From IMG/VR virus record IMGVR_UViG_3300020579_000011, positions 6,522 to 70,521 of that record: a stretch of DNA of 64,000 nucleotides; one strand, 5' to 3'. The translations under genes were made by a program, and so were the position numbers. This DNA comes from a virus. The notes beneath the pieces were generated by a model. The model was not told where the DNA came from, made no database searches, and was given only the letters and a program-made list of their open reading frames with translations. Shown one piece after another: positions 10,099-19,133 of the stretch; within the stretch, counting starts at the first letter, position 1; each line of letters begins with the position of its first letter.

Positions 10099-10415
10099 GG
10101 CTTTTTAGATTCAGGTTTGGGGATGGCGACAAACTCCAATTTCTGACGGTCAACATTCCAATCTTTTTTTTCGATTTTCGCTTGTTTGTACGCTTCGTCT
10201 ATAGCGGCTTCAATGCCTTGGTCCATCTGCGGGACTTGCATCTCAATTTCCTTCATGCGAGATTGCAACTGGCGGTATTCGCCGACGACGTTTGCGCGGT
10301 CGAGCTGCAAGCGGAGAATCTTCACCTTTGCATCTGACGGAAACACTGGAGCTTCTGCGGCGCGAGCGAGGCCGAGAGTAAAAAGTAAGGCCACTGCAAC
10401 GAGACATTTTTTCAT
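10095..10415 (-). CDS. Small secreted coiled-coil protein (possible fibre chaperone)
   Basis: AAGGAG RBS; signal peptide MKKCLVAVALLFTLGLARA; heptad helix. Confidence 0.65.
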   Translation of the reverse strand: MKKCLVAVALLFTLGLARAAEAPVFPSDAKVKILRLQLDRANVVGEYRQLQSRMKEIEMQVPQMDQGIEAAIDEAYKQAKIEKKDWNVDRQKLEFVAIPKPESKKP

Positions 10416-10428
10416 GTTGTTTCTCCTT

Positions 10429-11316
10429 TTATAATGCTCCGAGATCGTGAAGGTCCTGGTGAAGATTCTGTTTGAGTGACTCTTTCCATGCCGCCCACCA
10501 CATCCGCACTATATTATTTACAGAAGGCCAATTGCCTGACCATATCTCAAGTAGTACAGGCAATTCATTCCAGTCCTTAATTATAGAAAGGGGACACGCT
10601 CCAAAAACACGCTCCCAATATTCGGGATATGGTCCAGTCGGGGATGCCGCATCAAGCAGCGCCACAGCACCCAACTCTAGCGCCTCGCAAACACGAAACG
10701 AATCTACCGTCAGCGGCCCAGAGGGACAAGGAATCACTTTTGAACGCGCCATGAGTCCGTAGTATTCAGCCTGCGAGATACCCTTTGCGAAGCCATCGCT
10801 TCCGTGGAATTCCCATTTCTTCAAGGACATCGCAATCTTAGGAAACTGCGACATCATATCCCATCGACGTTTGTGCGTGATTTGGCCAGCAAAAGAGCAA
10901 TCTAGCGTGCGCTCAGGCCATGCATCAACCCGGCAGTTTGGCGTCCAGCCCCATGGGATATAACGCGATGCCGTTTGATGCTTGTGTGGAGTTTGCAACC
11001 ACACTCGGCAATTGCGTGGAATGAATACTTTATCTTCAACGTGGATGGCGAGCAAGTCTCCGTCGCGCGTAACACCCATCCCGCCATCTTCATTCGCTGT
11101 GATTATCAGCAGGCACCAAGAAAGCGGCGTTATAGTTTTCGCAAGATTGTTTAAATCTCTGTCCCAATCCGCTTTGATGACGACGATTGCTCCGTCGCCT
11201 TGAACTTCTTTCACGTCCATGCGGTGCGTAAAGCCCTCCGTCAGCCACTCGACGATTGCGTGACACCACGAGCCCCTCTGCCCTCCGTACCACAGCACTT
11301 CAATCTCTTTCGGCAT
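10429..11316 (-). CDS. Exostosin/GT47-like glycosyltransferase
   Basis: FAGQ...RR, YYGLMARSKVIPCPSG, SFRVCEALELGAVALL. Confidence 0.8.
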   Translation of the reverse strand: MPKEIEVLWYGGQRGSWCHAIVEWLTEGFTHRMDVKEVQGDGAIVVIKADWDRDLNNLAKTITPLSWCLLIITANEDGGMGVTRDGDLLAIHVEDKVFIPRNCRVWLQTPHKHQTASRYIPWGWTPNCRVDAWPERTLDCSFAGQITHKRRWDMMSQFPKIAMSLKKWEFHGSDGFAKGISQAEYYGLMARSKVIPCPSGPLTVDSFRVCEALELGAVALLDAASPTGPYPEYWERVFGACPLSIIKDWNELPVLLEIWSGNWPSVNNIVRMWWAAWKESLKQNLHQDLHDLGAL

Positions 11317-11488
11317 TGGATACCTTTCGTCCACACTCAGCGCAAAATCTAGGTTTCAAGGTGTCGTCGAGATCATTCACGTAATAAAAGATGGCGTCGC
11401 ACTCTGAGCAATGAAGTTGGAGTACCTCCAGCGTGCGCTTCTCCATGAAGCCGATGTGTGTTTCCTGTTTCAGACGATTCGAGGCCAT
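11300..11488 (-). CDS. Zinc-ribbon protein
   Basis: CSEC...CAECG. Confidence 0.55.
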   Translation of the reverse strand: MASNRLKQETHIGFMEKRTLEVLQLHCSECDAIFYYVNDLDDTLKPRFCAECGRKVSNAERD

Positions 11489-11497
11489 GTGATTTTC

Positions 11498-11626
11498 CTA
11501 CGGCTGAAAATTCTCGATGGTATCGTAAAGCCACTTGAGTCCGAGCGCGAGTATCGCCAAGACAATGCCGAACACAAGAAGCAAATTCCAATACCTACGC
11601 AGTATGGTTACGCACGAGGGTGTCAT
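11498..11626 (-). CDS. Small single-TM protein
   Basis: ATGA overlap with upstream stop; hydrophobic LLLVFGIVLAILALGL. Confidence 0.45.
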   Translation of the reverse strand: MTPSCVTILRRYWNLLLVFGIVLAILALGLKWLYDTIENFQP

Positions 11627-13506
11627 TTGAACACCGTATCCAAGACCGATTGCACTCGATGTGTGTACGTCCCGCACTCGCGGATATAATCCATGCACTC
11701 TCGCACGATGGCACGGCGCTCCACCGGCATTTGCAGCCAGCGGTCAATCTGCTCGCCAAGGTCTTCAAGATTCTGCGCTTGGTAAGTAGCACACGGCATC
11801 GTCAGACCCTCAAATCGGGGATAGAGCAGGAACCCGCCACGCCCGCAGGTCTCGTAGAGCCGGTCAGAGGCGTAGTGAGGTACTCCTGAAAAAATATTGT
11901 CTCCCACGCAAACTTTCATGGAAGCGTACACGTCATTGAGCTGCGATTCGCGGACACCCTGAAATGTCTTGAATCGCGCTCCGTACTTTGTCCTCAAAAA
12001 CTCAATCAGCTCCATGCGAAAAGGATATTCTCTGTGGTAGCTTTCGATAGCTCCGACAAAACCGACATCGCAGAACAAATCTCCGCGTGGGAACCCGTAA
12101 TGCACGCCGCGCTCGACAACTGCAGGTTGTAAATAATGATGATTCACTCCGCGTTCCAGAAATTTCTCCTGGTTTCCACCATCGGCGGTAAAAAGATGTG
12201 AACATTTCCAAAATGGCGTCTTGCCAATGCGCTCCTCGCGCTCCGGGATGCCCCAATAGCGGTCCAAGTGGTACCCGACTGAAGGGATGCCTCTTTCTTT
12301 GAGGCATTCCATGAATCGAAACATTTCTTCGTCGGGAGCTACTTGCCAGCCGTGCGTGTGTACAAACATAAAAAGGTCTGCATCACAAACAGCGCCTTGC
12401 AATTCCTGAATCGTGCTCTTGTCTTCTGGGACGCGAATTACTTCATGGCCGAGATGCTCAAGTGACCAAGCCAAGTCCGATTCTGTACAGAAGCTGTGGG
12501 AAAAGTTGCCGAGAAACGCGATTCTCTTTTGTCCAACAAACTCGCGGTGAACTCTTGTCGGCCCAGTTGCGACGATCTCAGGTCGCAGTCCGTCAAGATG
12601 GCTCTTCAAAATGTCCTTGAATAGTTCGTTGTCGTTTTCCCATTCGACGCGCGGCGGTGTCTCCCACGCAATCGGCAGGAGTTCCATTTCCAGCATCTTT
12701 TTAGCCGCTACATGAATGTCGATAGCTGAAACTTCATATATCGTCGCGAGGCCGAATGAGGATTTGCCTGTCGGTCGAACCCAAGCCGATACACACGCAA
12801 TCTCATTCATCGGCGGGCCGTCCACGGTAAGGATCGCCGCATTGACGGACAGAGATTCGTGCAACGCCGCTCCATACCCTTCCGTACCGCTTGGGTGCAA
12901 GTGGAACGCATGAGAGTTTTGCAGCCGCTTCAACTCTTCTTCACTGACACGCTCCAATACAGTTACATTGGCAGGCAGTTCCACGCCTTTTAGTTTCTGG
13001 CTGATGATGGTTAGTTCCGCTCCGATGCCCTCGCCATTCTGCTTCCATCGAAACGCATCCGTGATCGCGGTCGTATTTCGCAAAGATGAGTTACCGCCAA
13101 CGTGAAGAAAACGCCGTTCTCGCGCAATTGTTGGGTCGTATTGGTCACGACTCAGGAAGCCAAGGCAAAACGTCATGCCGGGAAATATTCCTTCGAGGAT
13201 TCTCTGTGCTTCGTTAGTTTTCGCAAAGACTTTGACGAAGTTACGCTTCACTACCGGAATCAGGTCTTGCGTAAACCATTCTGGATTCACCCATAGCCAG
13301 CGAATCGGCGCTACGGAAAAGAGGTGCCGCGAGACAGTCTCAAGAGAAATAGATAGTTCGCAAACGGGGAAGTTTTCCGGCAGAGGTGCGTCATATTGCA
13401 GGCCGTGTACTTCGTGGCCGAGTTCTTCAAGATAGGCGCGAAGTAGTTGGTATTCGCACTGGAGACCGAGGCCCCCATTGATGTTCGAACAAATCGCTAT
13501 GCGCAT
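11623..13506 (-). CDS. Two-domain GT-B glycosyltransferase (GT4-like plus CgeB-like)
   Basis: HPSGTEGYGAALHES in the N-domain; DVGFVG, YASDRLYETCGRGGFLL, TYTHR in the C-domain. Confidence 0.85.
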   Translation of the reverse strand: MRIAICSNINGGLGLQCEYQLLRAYLEELGHEVHGLQYDAPLPENFPVCELSISLETVSRHLFSVAPIRWLWVNPEWFTQDLIPVVKRNFVKVFAKTNEAQRILEGIFPGMTFCLGFLSRDQYDPTIARERRFLHVGGNSSLRNTTAITDAFRWKQNGEGIGAELTIISQKLKGVELPANVTVLERVSEEELKRLQNSHAFHLHPSGTEGYGAALHESLSVNAAILTVDGPPMNEIACVSAWVRPTGKSSFGLATIYEVSAIDIHVAAKKMLEMELLPIAWETPPRVEWENDNELFKDILKSHLDGLRPEIVATGPTRVHREFVGQKRIAFLGNFSHSFCTESDLAWSLEHLGHEVIRVPEDKSTIQELQGAVCDADLFMFVHTHGWQVAPDEEMFRFMECLKERGIPSVGYHLDRYWGIPEREERIGKTPFWKCSHLFTADGGNQEKFLERGVNHHYLQPAVVERGVHYGFPRGDLFCDVGFVGAIESYHREYPFRMELIEFLRTKYGARFKTFQGVRESQLNDVYASMKVCVGDNIFSGVPHYASDRLYETCGRGGFLLYPRFEGLTMPCATYQAQNLEDLGEQIDRWLQMPVERRAIVRECMDYIRECGTYTHRVQSVLDTVFK

Positions 13507-13683
13507 CTATTTCGTAATCACTTTCGCTTGAAGGAGGGCATAACGAATCACGTCAGACTCAGTGACCTTCGCAGACTTGGCGAATTGCGTGACTTGTTCT
13601 TTTTCTTTTTTCGTCACACGAGCGCGCACCACATCAATGCGCTTTACGTTGACTATGGAATCCAAACCTTCTAAAACCTTCAT
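13507..13683 (-). CDS. Ribbon-helix-helix regulator
   Basis: VVRARVTKKEKEQV...TESDVIRYAL (MobC/CopG-like). Confidence 0.75.
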   Translation of the reverse strand: MKVLEGLDSIVNVKRIDVVRARVTKKEKEQVTQFAKSAKVTESDVIRYALLQAKVITK

Positions 13684-13690
13684 GTGGAGC

Positions 13691-13720
13691 AATGTGCCAC
13701 AAGTGAGGCTACATATGCAA
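13691..13720 (-). promoter_or_regulatory. Sigma70-like promoter of the glyco operon (leaderless)
   Basis: TTGCAT-18 bp-CACATT preceded by TGn; 7 nt to ATG 13683; no SD. Confidence 0.55.
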
Positions 13721-13721
13721 G

Positions 13722-15971
13722 CTATCGTTTCGGTGGAAATTCTTCTTCGCCGGGAATATGCTCGCCGACTTCTCTTGCTGTTCCAGAGGCTTTCTCGCGC
13801 CGGATGAAGTCAATCGCACGTTCCATTGCCTTGCGGTACATCGCACTGTCCTTGTTGCGCAAAGCCTTTTCTAGTTGTGCTGGCGTAAACTGCGGATTCT
13901 CATTCATGAATGGCATTCCTGGCCGCAGACTCTTCACTCCACGCCACGATCCGCCCATGCGGTCAATGCCCTGCCTACCGCGTCCAGCCAATGTATGCTC
14001 GCCTTCGGTGCTTTCGTCAAAGTAGCGACCTGGTCTGTCAGCCGACTGCATCATGCCCACTTCCTGCTGGATAAGTCCCTCGGCATCCGTGATCTCGTCC
14101 TGAGAATACTTCTTGTCGATCGAGACAGGTTTCTCCATCGGCTTGACTGTGGTCTTCGGCTCAACTGCTGTCAGTCCCTTGACGTGAACCTCTTCTGGCT
14201 CATTTCGCATCTCGCGCAAATCGGCTGCGTTGCGCAACATTCGCGCTTTGTCCTCTGGTGCGACGCCCGGCTTGTTAGCATCCCGTTCCAACTGCTCTAC
14301 GCTCATGTCGTTTACGATGTCGCGGGTCACTTTGCGGCGCTCTGGCGTCTCGCCGGGTAGCGGTCTGCGTGGTTCTGGTGCCCTTTCTGGCTCTACAGTG
14401 GGCTTCTGCATTGGTTTTACTTCTGTCGGCGTGCCGACATTAGCAGTCGGAGGCTTCATGGGCGCAATAGGCGTCTCTGAGGGCACTTTTATGGGCTGCT
14501 CGAAGTCCAATGACGGGATATTTGGCGTTGAGGCCGTGGCTGGCTTGCCAAGCAGCAGGGGTCTGCCTGCCAGAGAGGAGCGAGGCACCTGTACACCCGA
14601 TTTAGCAAGATTACCTTTCTCATCGTACTTCCTGAATGGTTGCGCTTCAGCATCAGGCTCGACCATAAAGCGAACGCCTGGGACATCCTGCAAGAGTTTC
14701 GTTCCGGCTGGACTGCGCCTAAGTTCGGCAATAGCGTTAATTCTGTCCTGATATGGAGTCTTAGGATCACGTACCATTTCTACTAGTGTTTCGCGCGGGA
14801 CTGATTGAAAAGTGACCGGAACCTTCGGGATAGGCGAGTTCGGGTCAACAATTCGTCCGCCAGGAACAATTGGAGTGCCCTTTCCAAGTGTCGGAGCCGC
14901 TTCCTCTGCAAGTTGAGCCTTTGTCTTCACAATTGGCATTGACTGCGGAGGAGTCATAGGCTTCACGGTCGCAGGTTCCGGTGAAGGCCCTCCTGCTCCC
15001 GTCGATAGAGTGTTAGAACCCTGTAACTGTGGCTGTACGGGAACACTTCCAATAGGTGAAGGCTTCTGCTTAGCAGTTTCGCGTTCCTCGATCTGACGGA
15101 TTCTCCCTTGATCTGTCAGTTCTTTCATGCGCGACTTCTCAGCCTCTCCAAGTTTTCCTGAGAGTTGCGCTTGTTGTTCCGCTTCGTCGAACGGCGTATA
15201 GAAACCAAGTCCCGGATTGAGGTTCAATCTCTTTGGTAATGCCGCATCTGCAAGAGCGGGACCGCCAAGCACGCCGGCAATTTCCATTCCTGGAATGCCC
15301 GTAGCGTGACCAGCTCCAGCACCAGCTACGCGAGCAGCCGTGCGTGTTGCTGGCGTCAATTTGTTTTCTGGCGTGCGTACAGCGTCCGCTAGACCTTGCT
15401 TCGCATTCTCGATGGCATTCGAACCGGCAGCGACCGCCGATTCAGCGGGCTTCTTTAGAAGGGCAAGATTTGTAATTCCACCAGCAATATCGCCTGCAAT
15501 CGCTTTGTAGTTTTTGTTTCGTACATCTTCTGCGGCTTGGTTAGCTCCAGTGACGGTTTTTCCAAATTCTAGTGGATCGCGCAGTAATCCATGCTCACCA
15601 AAAGCTATACCCGGGATACCTGTTCCGCCGATCTGAGAGACATTCTTCCACGATGGGTCTGTCCACACTTGGCGAGGAATACCGATAGTCTCACTCACGT
15701 CTCCGGCGATAGAACCTGGATTGTGATAAATATTTTTTGCCTCGCGCGTCAACTCATCAATGGGATGCTGGAATCCAGTCGTCACTTCAGAAAGACGCTG
15801 GATAGCGTTCGGTTTAGGCTGAGGCGTAACTGGCGCAGAAGTTGGAGTAGGCGAGGCAGTTTTCTTGGCTGGCTCTAGGCCGTATTTGTCATCAGTGACA
15901 CCAGTGGCAGGCTTGGCAGGTTCCAGTCCATATTCGTCATCTACGACGGCGCTACTGCTTTGCGGGGGCAC
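13722..15971 (-). CDS. Putative internal virion/ejection protein
   Basis: 749 aa, Pro/Ala/Gly-rich; position after podovirus tail genes. Confidence 0.55.
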   Translation of the reverse strand: MPPQSSSAVVDDEYGLEPAKPATGVTDDKYGLEPAKKTASPTPTSAPVTPQPKPNAIQRLSEVTTGFQHPIDELTREAKNIYHNPGSIAGDVSETIGIPRQVWTDPSWKNVSQIGGTGIPGIAFGEHGLLRDPLEFGKTVTGANQAAEDVRNKNYKAIAGDIAGGITNLALLKKPAESAVAAGSNAIENAKQGLADAVRTPENKLTPATRTAARVAGAGAGHATGIPGMEIAGVLGGPALADAALPKRLNLNPGLGFYTPFDEAEQQAQLSGKLGEAEKSRMKELTDQGRIRQIEERETAKQKPSPIGSVPVQPQLQGSNTLSTGAGGPSPEPATVKPMTPPQSMPIVKTKAQLAEEAAPTLGKGTPIVPGGRIVDPNSPIPKVPVTFQSVPRETLVEMVRDPKTPYQDRINAIAELRRSPAGTKLLQDVPGVRFMVEPDAEAQPFRKYDEKGNLAKSGVQVPRSSLAGRPLLLGKPATASTPNIPSLDFEQPIKVPSETPIAPMKPPTANVGTPTEVKPMQKPTVEPERAPEPRRPLPGETPERRKVTRDIVNDMSVEQLERDANKPGVAPEDKARMLRNAADLREMRNEPEEVHVKGLTAVEPKTTVKPMEKPVSIDKKYSQDEITDAEGLIQQEVGMMQSADRPGRYFDESTEGEHTLAGRGRQGIDRMGGSWRGVKSLRPGMPFMNENPQFTPAQLEKALRNKDSAMYRKAMERAIDFIRREKASGTAREVGEHIPGEEEFPPKR

Positions 15972-17433
15972 TCTTTGTCTCCGACCATCCCTTGTACTTC
16001 GGATCTTTCAGGAAAGCATCTTTCTTTTCTTTCAGGACGAAATGTTCGTTGCCTTGCGGATCGAAAACGCTGACTTTTCCTTCTGGCGGTTTGGCTCCTC
16101 CACCTCCAGTCTTAGCATTGTTCGCAGACGTCTCCGGTTTGTCTCCCATCTTTGCATATTCGGTTAGCCATTCCTTCGCCACATTGAGTGCCTGAATCAT
16201 GTTCTCGGGAGCCTGCTTGCCAGCATCGAACATTTTTTGGAAATGCTCGAACAGTTCGTTAGACATGCGTCCACGGGCGTGCGCAAGAGTCACGGCGGAA
16301 GACACAAAAGCAATCTCATCTTTGTAGTGCGCGAAGTCCTTGTCTTCGGCTCCGACCTTTCCTTGCCAGAAGTCATTCCAGCGACCTTCGGCTGGTCCAA
16401 GCTTTCCTGCAACTTTCTCTGTTTCGTCAAGCGCACGGTCAATCCCCGGTAGCGTCGATTGCGCTTGCTGCTTCATCGTCTTCATCGTGTTGGTGAGCTT
16501 GTCTGGGTCATTGGCATTAGCTGAACGGATTCTTGCCGCCTCTGTCATCGCCAAATTACGGCCTGTTGCAATACGCTCGGCTGACTGTGCTCGTTCAGTA
16601 GCAATCTGTTCGGCTGATTTCGTTCTGCCCTCGGCAATTTTCTCGGCGCTGCTTTCTTTCCCAGTCGCAATCTTTTCTTGGGAACCTTCCTTGCCAGTGG
16701 CAATCTTTTCTGCGCTGGCTTCGCGGGACTGTTCTCTGCGCTCGGCGGCTTCGTCTTTTTCCTCTTGCACTCTGCCACGCGCTTCGCCAGCCGCTTCCGC
16801 TATTTCTGGACGCTGCTTGACTGCTTCCTCTTCAGTTTCTTGTTTCTTCGCGCCTGCCAGCCGATTCTCGTCGGCACTTTCTCGCAGATTCCTGTTGAGG
16901 TCTGTGCCCGGTATGTTTGCCATTGTTCCGGGTATCGTAGCGTTCCCTGCGATGTTGCCAATTAGCCCTAGAACGTGCGCGAGTTTTCCGCCAAAGCCTG
17001 GATGGTTTTCAGGACTGCCAAGCGGATTTGCTTTTTGGTCTTCGATCTTGTCTATTTTCCCCTCGTAATAACCAGAAGAACCTGGAAGCACTCCCGGAGA
17101 AGTAGATGGCAACGCTTGGCGCTCTTGGAAATTAAGTGTCGGCAGAGTCATCGGCTTTACGTCGATACCGGTCGTATTCGTTGGCGGAGTCATGGGAGTA
17201 AATTCTGGAGCAGGAACATTTGGCGATGCGACCGGAGCGGGCACGTTAGGATGCGGAAGAACTGGAGGCGTCATCTTCGCAACAGGGGTCGGAGTTGCGC
17301 TGACAGGTGCGACAGGAGAGCCAATCATAGACGACGAAGGAACAATACCAGGTTGCGGCAAAAGCCCTTTTGAGCGAAGTTCATCCTCGCTTGCGTTGGG
17401 TGAAAGTTTCAGGACGTCCTGAAGACTCAACAT
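15952..17433 (-). CDS. Putative ejection protein
   Basis: Pro-rich N-terminus, 11-residue SAEKIATGKE-type repeats, helical. Confidence 0.55.
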   Translation of the reverse strand: MLSLQDVLKLSPNASEDELRSKGLLPQPGIVPSSSMIGSPVAPVSATPTPVAKMTPPVLPHPNVPAPVASPNVPAPEFTPMTPPTNTTGIDVKPMTLPTLNFQERQALPSTSPGVLPGSSGYYEGKIDKIEDQKANPLGSPENHPGFGGKLAHVLGLIGNIAGNATIPGTMANIPGTDLNRNLRESADENRLAGAKKQETEEEAVKQRPEIAEAAGEARGRVQEEKDEAAERREQSREASAEKIATGKEGSQEKIATGKESSAEKIAEGRTKSAEQIATERAQSAERIATGRNLAMTEAARIRSANANDPDKLTNTMKTMKQQAQSTLPGIDRALDETEKVAGKLGPAEGRWNDFWQGKVGAEDKDFAHYKDEIAFVSSAVTLAHARGRMSNELFEHFQKMFDAGKQAPENMIQALNVAKEWLTEYAKMGDKPETSANNAKTGGGGAKPPEGKVSVFDPQGNEHFVLKEKKDAFLKDPKYKGWSETKSAPAKQ

Positions 17434-17446
17434 TCGTTTCTATCCT

Positions 17447-18115
17447 CTACCCGGCTGCCGATCCACCGCCTCCGCCACCACCGCCGCTCGGCTTGAACGC
17501 ATTTAGCCATCCCATCGCATTTTGTTGCCAGCCGGTCTGACCTGCCTTAATCATGGTGTTCAAGTCTTCGTCCGAAATGCCCATCGCCTTTAACTGGTCA
17601 GCGTTCAAATTTCCGTACAAGCCACCTAGTTCACCTTGCGCAAATTGCTGCTTTTTGTTTGCGAGCGAAGTGTCGAGGTTCGTTATATCTTGCGTATTGG
17701 TTGCGAGCGCACGGCTCTTGATTCGCGCAGCCTCATCCAGTGCTGGCGCAAATCCTCCCGCATTACGTGTGCGCGAGCTGGCTAGGTTCGCTTCGCCTTT
17801 TACTCCCGAGTTGACGCCGCCGATAGCTTCGGCACCGGAGACAGTTGCTGTATTTCTCTGTTCAGGAGTTAGGCCAACAGGATTGTTAGCTTCGCGTTCA
17901 AGGCCAGGGATGATCGAAGAACCAATCTGCGAAGCGGTCGCTCCGAATCCACCAGCTACTCCGTTTGCTGTTTTGGAATTTTGTGAAGCTTGATTTTGTG
18001 CGGAACGGTCGCATCGAGCAACAGGACCACCGTATTCGAAAGAGTGAGATTCAACGGGGAGATATTCCCCGATTACGTCCGTGAGCTGGACGGTAACAAG
18101 CGTGTAGATTTTCAC
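17447..18115 (-). CDS. Putative pilot/ejection protein
   Basis: Ala/Gly/Gln/Asn-rich; N-terminal YGGPVARC leader-type motif. Confidence 0.55.
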   Translation of the reverse strand: MKIYTLVTVQLTDVIGEYLPVESHSFEYGGPVARCDRSAQNQASQNSKTANGVAGGFGATASQIGSSIIPGLEREANNPVGLTPEQRNTATVSGAEAIGGVNSGVKGEANLASSRTRNAGGFAPALDEAARIKSRALATNTQDITNLDTSLANKKQQFAQGELGGLYGNLNADQLKAMGISDEDLNTMIKAGQTGWQQNAMGWLNAFKPSGGGGGGGGSAAG

Positions 18116-18549
18116 GTTGCTTGAACTTCACTTTCCACCCGAGGAACATATTGCAGCAAATCATACGAGAAGCGCGGCCAAGGTCTGTCCCTGCTCATTC
18201 CCACTTCTGGGCCGCATAGTCGCCGCTCGAAACTGTCCGCAATCTCTGGCGGCACGACACATGTTAGCGTATCTACGCCCTTTTGCCACGCGGCAAGTTT
18301 TGTGGCCTCGACAAGTTGCTGCATCCATTCCCACCGCTGCTCCGCCGTGCCATCCGAATGACTCACCCACAGATACACCGTCAATTCGACTTTCGCAGCA
18401 ATGCCCTGAACGACGAGTCCTTTATCCTCGACCACTTTCTTGATGAGAAAGAGCGGATCGCTAAGAGCAGGAAATAAATAGTCAAAATCACTCTCTCTAT
18501 GAATCGCCTTGAGCGCCTCGATATCCCCATCTTGCATGTCCCTAATCAT
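18112..18549 (-). CDS. GNAT-like protein (T7 gp13-like position)
   Basis: MIRDMQDGDIEALKAI start; sits between tail and ejection genes. Confidence 0.55.
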   Translation of the reverse strand: MIRDMQDGDIEALKAIHRESDFDYLFPALSDPLFLIKKVVEDKGLVVQGIAAKVELTVYLWVSHSDGTAEQRWEWMQQLVEATKLAAWQKGVDTLTCVVPPEIADSFERRLCGPEVGMSRDRPWPRFSYDLLQYVPRVESEVQAT

Positions 18550-19133
18550 CAGCCTTTTTTCCTGAAAAGTTGCTTGCCCAGTCCGCTGCCAGCTTGCTCG
18601 CCAGAGTTCTGTGCAGTCCCAGATCCCGTACTGGGCAAGAGCGTAGCCCTTCCTGTTCCACCAGGCAAGAACGGCGTCGGTGTCGTGCCGCCAAAGCGTA
18701 TCTTAGGTCCAGGCAGTCCACCAAGGAATTGCGAGTAGGCTTGAGCGATGTAGTGGACAGGGTTTCCATTGTCATCCAATGCAGGCAGAGGCATGGGAGG
18801 CATTGTACGGCTCGCGCCAAGTTGAATGACGTGGGGTTGCGAGAATGTTAGCGGAGCTGAAGTGTGGAGTTGCTGGACCTCGACAAAGTAGTTAATTCCT
18901 TTCTGAATCGAACTACTGTCGTTGATGACCGCATGGACGTTGCCGTTTCCATCGGTTTTGACAGTCAATCCTTGAATCGGAGGAGGGGCAGGAACGGTCG
19001 CTGTTGGGTCGGCTCCAATGTTCGTTCCGAGGCTGTTAGCGCCGTCCTGCAAAAGTTTTAGGGCATTGGCAAGATGTTGTCCAACACCGGGAATCTGTCG
19101 AAGCAGCGTAATCTCGCGGTTTATGTCGATCAT
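18549..19133 (-). CDS. Virion structural protein (Fn3-like)
   Basis: PAPPPIQGLTV...YFVEV pattern; coupled overlap. Confidence 0.5.
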   Translation of the reverse strand: MIDINREITLLRQIPGVGQHLANALKLLQDGANSLGTNIGADPTATVPAPPPIQGLTVKTDGNGNVHAVINDSSSIQKGINYFVEVQQLHTSAPLTFSQPHVIQLGASRTMPPMPLPALDDNGNPVHYIAQAYSQFLGGLPGPKIRFGGTTPTPFLPGGTGRATLLPSTGSGTAQNSGEQAGSGLGKQLFRKKG

